This document shows, piece by piece, positions 17,181 to 25,126 of a stretch of 40,505 nt of DNA. The translations under genes were made by a program, and so were the position numbers. Under the pieces are notes generated by a model, which saw only the letters and a program-made list of their open reading frames with translations, was not told the DNA's origin and searched no databases. The stretch comes from Candidatus Kaiserbacteria bacterium RIFCSPHIGHO2_02_FULL_49_16 (GTDB lineage Bacteria; Patescibacteriota; Minisyncoccia; Phycocordibacterales; UBA2100): assembly GCA_001781465.1 (NCBI GenBank), contig MFLD01000031.1, positions 1 to 40,505 of the forward strand, written 5' to 3'. The first letter of the stretch is position 1. The number at the start of each line of letters is the position of its first letter.

Positions 17181-17564
17181 CTACTGAAATTTTATTTGGA
17201 AATTGTACATGCCCATTCCGCAGAGCCCATGCAAGGTGCCCCGCGCCTGACTCGCGCCAATCGAGATTTCTTCCGTCCCTGTCGGCTGGAGATACTTCTG
17301 GTACTGCAACTTTGGAATGACGAGGCTTGATGAGCAGTCGAAGGTTCCCTTCGTGCTTACGCGAAGAACTGTCGGCACGCCCGCTTTTGCCAAAACAACT
17401 CGGGGAGAATATCCGCCCTTCGCGGAAATATCTATGAGCTGTTTTCCGTTCACAGTGGAAACTGCGGATGAGCTATCGACATTGGCAGGTTTTCCGGCAA
17501 ACCAAAACGCGCCAAAGATGAGGAGTGCGCTTATGCAAACGGAAACAAGAACCGCTTTATTCAT
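17181..17564 (-). CDS. Exported cupredoxin-like domain protein
   Basis: 127 aa with a signal/anchor helix. The C-terminal GTLHGLCGMGMYNFQIKF resembles the Cys/Met/His ligand end of Cupredoxin_1-type domains. Confidence 0.6.
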   Translation of the reverse strand: MNKAVLVSVCISALLIFGAFWFAGKPANVDSSSAVSTVNGKQLIDISAKGGYSPRVVLAKAGVPTVLRVSTKGTFDCSSSLVIPKLQYQKYLQPTGTEEISIGASQARGTLHGLCGMGMYNFQIKFQ

Positions 17565-17573
17565 GAAGTTAAA

Positions 17574-18638
17574 CTAGAAATTAAAAAGCGGATTGATAAT
17601 TCCGGCTGTCGCAAACGCATTCGCGAGATTAAATAGCGCAAGCGCAATAACAATTATTCCCGCAGTCTTAAAGAATATTCCTTTCCACGGCTTATGCGCG
17701 ATATTGAGCGAGCCGAATGAAAGAAGCGCCAGGACTGGCAAGGTGCCAAGGGCGAAAGCCGTCATCGTGAGAGCACCTTCCAAAAAACTCCCTGTCGTAA
17801 GAGCGTACAGCTGCATTGATTGGGTGAACCCGCACGGCAAAAAGAATGTTCCGATACCGACTAAAACAGGTGCTAGAAAATGATCGTGCTTCGCCCCGCG
17901 CACGACATGCTTTGAGAGCCATTTAGGCATCGTCAATTGCAGTCTTTTTGCGAAATGAAATACATCGAGCAGATTGATTCCGAGAATGAGCATCACGAGA
18001 GCGACAATTATTCCGAGGACAATATTTGCAGTTAATCCAAGGTGGAGCGAGTTTCCAATCACTCCGATTATGCCCCCGAGAACAAAAAAACCTCCGAGTC
18101 TTCCCAAATGAAAAAGCGTCTGCGTTCGCCAAGTTCCACCTTCTTTCGCAGAACTTGCCGAAAGAGACAAGACAAGACCGCCGACTATCGCAAGACAAGT
18201 GGAAACCGATGCAATGAGTCCGATAACAAATGCAGTTCCATAACTGACATTCGACGAGGTTATTAAGTTTGTTAATCCGGCTTTCTGAAGCGCGAGAAAT
18301 CCAACAATTACGACGAGCGCAATTGGAAGCGCGTATACAAAATCTTTCCATCCCGCGTCTTTTTTCATTCTTTCCAATGAAATAGTGTAGCCGTGGCTTT
18401 TTACCAGCTTCGTCAATTCTTCCGCGATTTTCTCTGGCGAACCGGCAAATTCACCGGTCACAATAACCTGATGATTCGCAAGCGACGCGCGCGCGCTTGC
18501 GATATTAGGAAGCTCCTTGAATGTCTCCTCAATAAGAAGAGGGCACGCCGAGCAGTGCATTCCGTGAACATGGAATGTGTATATCTTTGGGTCCGATTTC
18601 GGGCCGATGAGTCCGACATCGGCATCTGTAGACGACAT
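17574..18638 (-). CDS. Heavy-metal-associated (HMA) domain fused to a DsbD_2/TauE-like 6-TM domain
   Basis: GMHCSACPLLIEETF is the HMA motif, followed by a multi-pass membrane domain. The track ORF extends to 18749. That extension overlaps a better small ORF in another frame, so the ATG at 18638 (MSSTDADV) is preferred. Confidence 0.75.
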   Translation of the reverse strand: MSSTDADVGLIGPKSDPKIYTFHVHGMHCSACPLLIEETFKELPNIASARASLANHQVIVTGEFAGSPEKIAEELTKLVKSHGYTISLERMKKDAGWKDFVYALPIALVVIVGFLALQKAGLTNLITSSNVSYGTAFVIGLIASVSTCLAIVGGLVLSLSASSAKEGGTWRTQTLFHLGRLGGFFVLGGIIGVIGNSLHLGLTANIVLGIIVALVMLILGINLLDVFHFAKRLQLTMPKWLSKHVVRGAKHDHFLAPVLVGIGTFFLPCGFTQSMQLYALTTGSFLEGALTMTAFALGTLPVLALLSFGSLNIAHKPWKGIFFKTAGIIVIALALFNLANAFATAGIINPLFNF

Positions 18639-18685
18639 AAGCAACCATCTTATCACGCTGATATTTTTCACGCCTTGACTACAAA

Positions 18686-18802
18686 TCATTTCACCGCTAA
18701 GAAGATAAGAGCAGCGAGAGGTATTGCGCAACAGACGAGCATCATCCACATCATGTGCTTGTGCTCACCCTGTCCGCCGTTTGTATTGTTATGATTGTGC
18801 AT
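18686..18802 (-). CDS. 38-aa His-rich membrane peptide (DUF2933-like), not in the ORF track
   Basis: MHNHNNTNGGQGEHKHMMWMMLVCCAIPLAALIFLAVK has a His-rich head, a CC pair and one TM helix. This layout is typical of small peptides in metal-resistance loci. The family name is from memory. Confidence 0.55.
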   Translation of the reverse strand: MHNHNNTNGGQGEHKHMMWMMLVCCAIPLAALIFLAVK

Positions 18803-18811
18803 AGATTGCGA

Positions 18812-19195
18812 TTACACATTATCGATTACCGTTTTTAATTTCTTTTCCGCTGTTTCAGCAATGTCGGCCAAAGACGGATTATCTATCATCGACATCGCGG
18901 CGGTCGGAAGCATCGCTGACACATACACATTTCCGTTTTCCTCGTAAACGATTACATTGCATGGCATGATGAGACCGACATCTTTCTCAGCTTTGAGAGC
19001 CTTGAGAGCGAGCGTCGGATTGCAAACGCCGAGTATGAGGTAATTCTCATGGTCAACGCCGAGCTTTTTCTTGAGCGTCGCTTTCACATCTATTTCGGTA
19101 AGCACGCCGAGTCCTTCTTTTTCAATCTCGCTTCTCACTCTCTCCACTGTTTTCACAAATGGAAGCTGTATTTTTCTTTTGTATCCGTATTCCAT
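18812..19195 (-). CDS. DUF302 domain protein
   Basis: 127 aa. VERVRSEIEKEGLGVLTEIDVKATLKKKLGVDHENYLILGVCNP matches the DUF302 pattern I recall. Confidence 0.7.
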   Translation of the reverse strand: MEYGYKRKIQLPFVKTVERVRSEIEKEGLGVLTEIDVKATLKKKLGVDHENYLILGVCNPTLALKALKAEKDVGLIMPCNVIVYEENGNVYVSAMLPTAAMSMIDNPSLADIAETAEKKLKTVIDNV

Positions 19196-19239
19196 AGCGT
19201 TAAAGATGCACTATCTTTTATTAGTCCGTTAATAACCCA

Positions 19240-20166
19240 TTATATTCCGCATTCGCTTCGCTGTCGCGGAGCGCGCGACTCACTTTCAACGCCGCAGCCG
19301 CCGCCTCCGCTTGCCGGAGACTTCTGAACGAGCGACATAATCCGCGCGTAACCTGCATTGCCAGAATAATTGGCGCCAAGAATTTCCTTAGGCGACACAT
19401 CTTTCCACTGGACGCCTCTGCTTTTCATGTAGGCCTCGATGGTTTGATATGTGTCCGGAAACCAGTATGAGTTCACCGCAAGAGCTGTTTTGTACATTTC
19501 TTTTTCACCAACGCCTTGCGATGCCATCAATTCCAGAAGCCCCAGCATCGCCATTCCGTGATTGCAATCCGGAAAGTGCGCAGAATTTCCGCAGCACGGC
19601 CGGAAGATTCCTCGCGACACGCTATCGACCAGTTGTTGCTGCTCCGGTGTCAACTCAATGAGCGCGTGCTTGCCGTAGTGATTCATCGCGTTCCCCTTCG
19701 CAACCGTCCATCCTCCGGTTGAGGCAAAGTTCCCTGCCCCTCCGTACGACGGGTTCATCATTTCCGTTTTGTCTTCGAGTATCGGATTCTTGTTCGCGAG
19801 TCCCAGCGCCCAAAGAAGATTCAGTAGGTATCCGGAGTTCTCTTCGTTGACAGTCAGTTTTCCGTTATTGTTCCCGACCAGCAATTTTCGATACTCGTCC
19901 GTAAATTGCCCATGGTTTTTGTAGAGAGCAGAGAACTTTGCCTCGTCAATCGCTCCAGTTTCTACCAGCCGCGTGCCTAAATCTCCCCATACTGCCGGCA
20001 ACACGACTCCGACTCCGTTTTGCGGAACCGTCGCTTCCGCGGAATGGCTGCTACCTAGATTGATTGTGTTGGTCGGGCTTTCCGGAAGCGGAGCAAGATA
20101 TATAAGCGACGCCACAATGACTACGAACACGATTCCTAAGGTCAGTTCTTGTGTTTCTTTTTCCAT
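19240..20166 (-). CDS. Membrane-anchored exported Cys/His-rich protein of unknown function
   Basis: 308 aa with an N-terminal TM helix, the motif PCCGNSAHFPDCNHGMAMLG and a C-terminal GGGGCGV...SECGI. Confidence 0.65.
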   Translation of the reverse strand: MEKETQELTLGIVFVVIVASLIYLAPLPESPTNTINLGSSHSAEATVPQNGVGVVLPAVWGDLGTRLVETGAIDEAKFSALYKNHGQFTDEYRKLLVGNNNGKLTVNEENSGYLLNLLWALGLANKNPILEDKTEMMNPSYGGAGNFASTGGWTVAKGNAMNHYGKHALIELTPEQQQLVDSVSRGIFRPCCGNSAHFPDCNHGMAMLGLLELMASQGVGEKEMYKTALAVNSYWFPDTYQTIEAYMKSRGVQWKDVSPKEILGANYSGNAGYARIMSLVQKSPASGGGGCGVESESRAPRQRSECGI

Positions 20167-20188
20167 AGTTTAATTTCATTTATTCTAA

Positions 20189-20668
20189 TTAGCAGCAATC
20201 TTTCATTTTATTCTCAATTTCTTCGATTGATTCTTCGCGCGAGTCCGTTCTGCTGTTTGAGGATAGGAACAAAGTTGATATAAGAACGAGAAAAACAGTA
20301 ATCAGGATGAGCGCACTCCACAACTGCAACAGAGCGCTGTATGCGGCCGCGAAGCCGGCAGGAATGAAGAGAGCTTTCCAGAGAAGAAGCGCGTCGGACG
20401 ACCCGCGGAATTTTCTCTTCAACCCCGTTAGAGGCCATGCCTCTAACGGGGCAAGCTGGTACGCAATTCCAATCACAGTTCCGCCCATAAGAAGCGCGGG
20501 CACTATCAAATTAATTTGATAGCCCAGGAAATGCGTGATAAGAAGCCCCGTCCATGTGAGAAACACCCCGGCGCAAATCGGGCAAACTGCAAATGGCAGA
20601 AAGCGGTTCGCGAGCCACACTAGAGCAGTAATGGCGAGAATTGAGATTACAGTGACAGCAATTAGCAT
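20189..20668 (-). CDS. Multi-pass membrane protein with a CPIC (CxxC) motif, carrying an internal hairpin insertion
   Basis: The ORF track gives 20189..20704. The ATG at 20668 (MLIAVTV) starts 5 nt after the upstream stop. It has AVCPICAGVFLTW, and a C-terminal CC. Confidence 0.6.
   Translation of the reverse strand: MLIAVTVISILAITALVWLANRFLPFAVCPICAGVFLTWTGLLITHFLGYQINLIVPALLMGGTVIGIAYQLAPLEAWPLTGLKRKFRGSSDALLLWKALFIPAGFAAAYSALLQLWSALILITVFLVLISTLFLSSNSRTDSREESIEEIENKMKDCC
20423..20451. mobile_element. Copy E2: minimal CCCCGTTAGAGG hairpin inside the CxxC membrane protein gene
   Basis: CCCCGTTAGAGG (20423-20434), loop ccatg, CCTCTAACGGGG (20440-20451). It is flanked by CAA on both sides and encodes PLEAWPLTG in the host frame. 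Confidence 0.6.
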
Positions 20669-20672
20669 AATT

Positions 20673-21503
20673 TCAGATGAAGAGAATAAGCGCGCCGAGA
20701 GCAATCATCGCTATGCCCGCGATGAGGCGAACGCGAGAAAGGTTGTCCCGTTTCCATTCCTGCATTTTGTCTACCACGGTTTTATCGGCAGAGAACCACA
20801 GGACGAGAATGAGAGGAACGATGAGAACGAGATTGTACAGAAGGAGATACCAGAATCCCGCGAGGTATGTTTGGCTGTCGCGAAGAAGCCCGATGACCAT
20901 TAAGTACGGCCCTCCCATGCACGGGAATTGGCAGACGCCGACCAATGCGCCGAGCCCAAATGCCGCCAAGACGGATGTCCTCTCCAATAGCTTCGCCATC
21001 GGACGATGCGCGATTTCCGGCATTTTGAGTTTAATCGGAATGTCCGGAAAGAATCGGTTCAATAGATTCACGATGCCGAAAATTATGAGAAGCGATGCGC
21101 CGAGCTTTCCCATAAAATGGGGAGTGTTGAAGAGATGCAAGACCTTGAGAAGGCCGAGACCTATTAGGAAGTATGACGCGAAGATGCCAGCGATATATAC
21201 TCCGCCGATTTGCAGAATTTTCTCGCGCGTAAGCTGGAGCCCGAACAGGAACGCTATCGTGATGAGGAGAATCGAGAACGAACACGGATGCACGCTGTCC
21301 AAGAGCGACGATATGAGCACAAGCGGAAGAAGCCACGCCCCGCTCCCGCTCGCGTTCCAGATAAGCGTTGATGTTGCGGGACTGAATTTCAGAATAATAA
21401 TTCCGAGAATGAATGCTCCAATGACGCCGGCGATGATGATAATTCGACGCATCCCGTTAGAGACAGGTCGCGGTCGTGTATTGTCTTCAGGTAATGTGTT
21501 CAT
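20673..21503 (-). CDS. CcdA/DsbD-family thiol:disulfide transfer membrane protein
   Basis: 276 aa, multi-pass, with conserved Cys in TM segments (LDSVHPCSFSILL and VCQFPCMGGPYL). The first 17 codons are encoded by element E3. The ancestral ATG is probably at 21452. Confidence 0.7.
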   Translation of the reverse strand: MNTLPEDNTRPRPVSNGMRRIIIIAGVIGAFILGIIILKFSPATSTLIWNASGSGAWLLPLVLISSLLDSVHPCSFSILLITIAFLFGLQLTREKILQIGGVYIAGIFASYFLIGLGLLKVLHLFNTPHFMGKLGASLLIIFGIVNLLNRFFPDIPIKLKMPEIAHRPMAKLLERTSVLAAFGLGALVGVCQFPCMGGPYLMVIGLLRDSQTYLAGFWYLLLYNLVLIVPLILVLWFSADKTVVDKMQEWKRDNLSRVRLIAGIAMIALGALILFI

Positions 21504-21567
21504 AGAGAGTGGAAGAGTCTTATATGCAATCTCGGTTAAGGATTGAGCGACCGTGGTCTCTAACGGG
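21453..21567. mobile_element. Copy E3: 115-bp inverted-repeat element with a 6-bp target-site duplication at the ccdA-like start codon
   Basis: Arms CCCGTTAGAGAC (21453-21464) and GTCTCTAACGGG (21556-21567). The direct repeat ACGCAT flanks both ends (21447-21452 and 21568-21573). Confidence 0.75.
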
Positions 21568-21574
21568 ACGCATA

Positions 21575-22066
21575 TTATGGTGTTACAAGCGCCTTTATTT
21601 CAAGTTGAAGCGCGCCACCGGAAGAATCTGTGAGCTCCACGAATCTGTCAATCTGCCCTACGCCAGCCGGGCCGTGCGCGTTTGGGTCGTAGACGACGCG
21701 GATTGCACGGCTTTCTCTCGCTTTGATAACTTCATTTGCTGGCGGAATGTATCCCATGCCGGGCATTCCGAACGGTCCCTTAAGCTTGCCATCCGCGCGA
21801 ACGATGAAGGCGGCTGTGCACATGCAGGAAGTAACGACCGTGCGCACGGTTATGTCATCGCCGGTAGGATTGTTTATTGCGAACTCTTTGCTCACAAGGC
21901 CGTTTTTCATTGATATCGTACCGAAGTCGTACAGAATCTCCGGCGCGACGAGAGAACTTTTCGAGTTGTTAGTTTGCGCAGGCGCAATCGCTTGACTGAT
22001 TCGTCCCCATGACATGAGGCCAAGCCCGCCGACTAATATGGCTGCGCCGATTATTAGTGTTTTCAT
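21575..22066 (-). CDS. DUF1573 domain protein (exported)
   Basis: 163 aa with a signal/anchor helix. YDFGTISMKNGLVSKEFAINNPTGDDITV...TSCMCT is DUF1573-like. Confidence 0.7.
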   Translation of the reverse strand: MKTLIIGAAILVGGLGLMSWGRISQAIAPAQTNNSKSSLVAPEILYDFGTISMKNGLVSKEFAINNPTGDDITVRTVVTSCMCTAAFIVRADGKLKGPFGMPGMGYIPPANEVIKARESRAIRVVYDPNAHGPAGVGQIDRFVELTDSSGGALQLEIKALVTP

Positions 22067-22123
22067 AGTGTTGATGTTTTAGAGAATTGTTAAAACAAAA
22101 AGCCCGCAAATGAAGCGAGCACG

Positions 22124-22171
22124 AGCCCAGCCGCAGATTGTGAATGACTTTTCACAATCTGCGGCTGGGCT
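22124..22171. repeat. Perfect 21-bp-stem hairpin (6-nt loop) immediately 3' of the 143-aa gene
   Basis: AGCCCAGCCGCAGATTGTGAA (22124-22144), loop tgactt, TTCACAATCTGCGGCTGGGCT (22151-22171). On the minus strand a weaker stem plus TTTTTGTTTT follows at about 22092-22120. Confidence 0.9.
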
Positions 22172-22172
22172 T

Positions 22173-22598
22173 CTAAACCAAAGATGGGCTGTGTTCGAAC
22201 AATGAAAGCCAACGAGTGGTTTCTCTATCTCGCGCAGATGAAGAGGGGTTATATAAAGATCTTACCCGTCGAGGTTGAAATGCCGGCGGACGAATAAGGG
22301 ATATAAAAACTCCGCAAGCAAGCATGAGCAATGCAATGAGGAGCGCCATCATGCCCGAGCTTGCGGGCGCATTGAGAAGAGACTGATACGCGGAGATGTG
22401 GTGAACTGCGGCGGCGACCAAATCTTGCGGACATAGAGGAACACCCATAGCGGTAAACGGGCAACCCGCCTCCATGCTCCCGCTCGAATTGTGCGTCATT
22501 GTACCGAAACTAAAGAGAACGATAGCGAGAAGCGATGCCAGCATGAGAGCGGCGAGTAATTTTGACAATGGCGTACGATGTCGCAATCGCATGAACAT
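22173..22598 (-). CDS. Membrane protein with a CPF...LCP / HH motif, unknown function
   Basis: The track start at 22604 is TTG, and the ATG is at 22598. It has a TM helix, then GSMEAGCPFTAMGVPLCPQDLVAAAVHHISAYQ, then a second TM helix. Confidence 0.55.
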   Translation of the reverse strand: MFMRLRHRTPLSKLLAALMLASLLAIVLFSFGTMTHNSSGSMEAGCPFTAMGVPLCPQDLVAAAVHHISAYQSLLNAPASSGMMALLIALLMLACGVFISLIRPPAFQPRRVRSLYNPSSSARDRETTRWLSLFEHSPSLV

Positions 22599-22604
22599 AA
22601 GCAA

Positions 22605-22751
22605 TTAATCCTTTACAGCATGACTGATAATCTCCAAATTGCAACTTTTATGTTGCTTGCACCACGCTTCGTATTTTTTCATCCATGATTCTTCCTTGTA
22701 AATTAGACCGCACTCGCGACAGATATATTTTCCATTTTTTGATGTATTCAT
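22605..22751 (-). CDS. 48-aa Cys-rich (zinc-ribbon-like) peptide translationally coupled to copA, not in the ORF track
   Basis: The ATG at 22751-22749 overlaps the copA TGA (ATGA). MNTSKNGKYICRECGLIYKEESWMKKYEAWCKQHKSCNLEIISHAVKD has CxxC ... CxxHxxC. Its TAA ends at 22605, abutting the next ORF. Confidence 0.55.
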   Translation of the reverse strand: MNTSKNGKYICRECGLIYKEESWMKKYEAWCKQHKSCNLEIISHAVKD

Positions 22752-25081
22752 AGTCTTTTTGTCTTAAGCCGCAACGAATTTCCGACCACGCTTACACTGC
22801 TAAAGGCCATCGCAAGCCCTGCGAACACCGGCGAGAGAAGCCAGCCAAATACCGGATAGAAAATACCGCTCGCGAGCGGAATGCCTACAATGTTATATAT
22901 GAACGCCCAGAAAAGATTCTGCTTGATTCCGCGCATAGTTAATTTGGAAAGCCGTATGGCTTTCACCAATTTTGAAATGTCTCCGTGAAGAAGCGTGATG
23001 CCGGCGGATTCTATTGCGACATCCGTTCCCGTCGCCATCGCGATTCCGACATCCGCCTGCGCCAATGCCGGCGCATCGTTTACTCCGTCTCCCGCCATCG
23101 CGACGGTTAGCCCTTGCGCTTGAAATTCTTTTATTTTTCTCAACTTGTCTTCCGGCAGAACTTCTGCGACAACTTCGTCAATTCCAACTTGCCTTGCAAT
23201 AAATTGGGCGGTGTTGTTGTCGTCTCCTGTCAGCATTACTGTTTTAATTCCGAGCGCGTGCAAATTCGCCACCGCAGAAACCGCCTCGGGCTTCACTTGG
23301 TCCGCAATCATCGCAACTGCCAGCACTTTTTTATCTGAAACAAGAATGACCGGTGTTTTGCCTTCCCTCGTACCGTTCTCTAACTGCATACCAAGGTCTG
23401 ACCTTGGGGATTCGGATTTAAGGTCAGACCTTGGTATGCCTGTTGCACCAACCTCCCACGCGAATTTGGCGCTCCCAACGCGGTACTCTGCGCCTCCGAT
23501 GCTACCAACGATTCCTTTGCCTTTAACCATTTCAAATTCTTCCACGGGCAAAAGCGAGATGCCTTTTGCTTTCGCATACGAAACTACGGCATGCGCAATC
23601 GGATGCTCTGATTTATTTTCAAGCGACGCGAGAATCGCAATTATTTCCGCATCGCTTTTTTTAGATAGATTCTCGAGCGATACAAGTTCCGGTTTGCCTT
23701 TCGTAATCGTCCCCGTCTTGTCCATTATGACAACTCCTACTTTATGCAGTTTTTCAAGCGTCGCGGCATCTTTGACAAGTATTCCCTCTCTCGCCCCTTT
23801 GCCAACTCCCACGATAATCGCTGTCGGAGTGGCAAGCCCGAGCGCGCACGGACACGCAATCACGAGAATACCGACGAAGGAAACAAGCCCGAAAGAGAGC
23901 GCTTGCGAAAACCCAAGGTATTGAGTTCCTATTGCGAGCCACGCGCCAAGCGAAACGAATGCAATAACAAGCACTATAGGAACAAAAACACCAGATATTT
24001 TGTCCGCAAGCGCCTGAATCGGCGCTCGGCTTCCCTGCGCTTCTTCAACCATTTTCACAATATGAGCCAGCATAGTTTCGGAGCCGACTTTAGTCGCCTT
24101 AAATGTAAACGAGCCGGTCGTATTTATTGTCCCCGCGACAACCGTGCCGCCGATAGTCTTTTTAACCGGCATCGGCTCGCCCGTTATCATTGACTCGTCT
24201 ACATAAGACGAACCCTCTGTGAGTTCTCCGTCAACAGGAATTTTCCCAGCGGGCTTGACGATTATTAAGTCGCCGTGAACTACTTGGTCTACGGGGATTT
24301 CTGTTTCTTTCCCGAGGCGCACAACCAGCGCTGTTTTCGCCTGCAAGTTCAACAGTTTTTCTATCGCATCGCCCGTTTTCAATTTCGACTGCGCTTCAAG
24401 ATATTTTCCCAGCGCGATGAAAGTGATGACAATAATGGTGACATCGTAATAAGTATTCTCAACATTGATAAAAGGCCGGAGTGTTTCTTCAAAAGCGGTA
24501 ATCACAAAACTGTAAAGATATGCAGCGGAAGTTCCAATGCCTATAAGCGTGTCCATGTTCGCCTTGCCATAGCGGAGAAAGCGATAGAATCCAAGAAGGT
24601 AGGGCTTCCCGACAACGAATAGAACATATGTCGCCATAAGCGGAAGCAGATGATGGAAAAACTCTTTCCATAGATATGGAACGGCGGGCAAAATCCCGAA
24701 TTGAGCGGAGATTTCCCAACTCATTACAAATACGCTGAAAATGGCGAGCGGAACGGCGGAAAAAACTTTTGCGCGCATGTCTGCGATTCCCGCGAGCTTC
24801 TCCGTCTTTGATTGGTTGAGTCCGAGGTGCGCCGCGTGCTCGCTTCCTGTCATACTCATTGACGCCGCCGTCGGTTGAACGAAAGAATATCCAAGCGGTT
24901 TTATTTTTTCCGAAAGATGTTCCGGATTCGTTTTTGTTTCGTCGAACGAAATTCTCGCCGCTTCAGTTCCATAATTCACTTCGATTGAATGTACGCCATC
25001 AACTTTTTTGAGCGTCTTTTCAATAATTGCCGAGCACGACGCACAGTGCATTCCCTTTATTTTATATGTGTGTGATGCCAT
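22748..25081 (-). CDS. copA: Copper-translocating P1B-type ATPase
   Basis: 777 aa with one N-terminal HMA domain (GMHCASCSAIIE), the TM CPC motif (ACPCALGLATP), DKTGTIT and GDGVNDAP. Confidence 0.95.
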   Translation of the reverse strand: MASHTYKIKGMHCASCSAIIEKTLKKVDGVHSIEVNYGTEAARISFDETKTNPEHLSEKIKPLGYSFVQPTAASMSMTGSEHAAHLGLNQSKTEKLAGIADMRAKVFSAVPLAIFSVFVMSWEISAQFGILPAVPYLWKEFFHHLLPLMATYVLFVVGKPYLLGFYRFLRYGKANMDTLIGIGTSAAYLYSFVITAFEETLRPFINVENTYYDVTIIVITFIALGKYLEAQSKLKTGDAIEKLLNLQAKTALVVRLGKETEIPVDQVVHGDLIIVKPAGKIPVDGELTEGSSYVDESMITGEPMPVKKTIGGTVVAGTINTTGSFTFKATKVGSETMLAHIVKMVEEAQGSRAPIQALADKISGVFVPIVLVIAFVSLGAWLAIGTQYLGFSQALSFGLVSFVGILVIACPCALGLATPTAIIVGVGKGAREGILVKDAATLEKLHKVGVVIMDKTGTITKGKPELVSLENLSKKSDAEIIAILASLENKSEHPIAHAVVSYAKAKGISLLPVEEFEMVKGKGIVGSIGGAEYRVGSAKFAWEVGATGIPRSDLKSESPRSDLGMQLENGTREGKTPVILVSDKKVLAVAMIADQVKPEAVSAVANLHALGIKTVMLTGDDNNTAQFIARQVGIDEVVAEVLPEDKLRKIKEFQAQGLTVAMAGDGVNDAPALAQADVGIAMATGTDVAIESAGITLLHGDISKLVKAIRLSKLTMRGIKQNLFWAFIYNIVGIPLASGIFYPVFGWLLSPVFAGLAMAFSSVSVVGNSLRLKTKRL
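23386..23439. repeat. Perfect 20-bp-stem hairpin (14-nt loop) inside the copA coding sequence
   Basis: GCATACCAAGGTCTGACCTT (23386-23405), loop ggggattcggattt, AAGGTCAGACCTTGGTATGC (23420-23439). It encodes the internally repeated IPRSDLKSESPRSDLGM. Confidence 0.9.
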
Positions 25082-25126
25082 AAGTTGTATTCAGTATTCG
25101 GTATTTCGTATGGAGTCTATCGAAAT

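Noticed and set aside
20677-21546. 289-aa plus-strand ORF antisense to the CcdA-like gene
   Set aside because: It is Arg/Pro/Ser-rich with no hydrophobic core pattern. The opposite strand encodes a coherent multi-pass membrane protein with conserved Cys-in-TM motifs.
23145-23924. 259-aa plus-strand ORF (and other 60-150 aa ORFs) antisense to copA
   Set aside because: copA on the minus strand carries all P1B-ATPase signatures across this span, so the antisense frames are Ser/Pro/Thr-rich noise.
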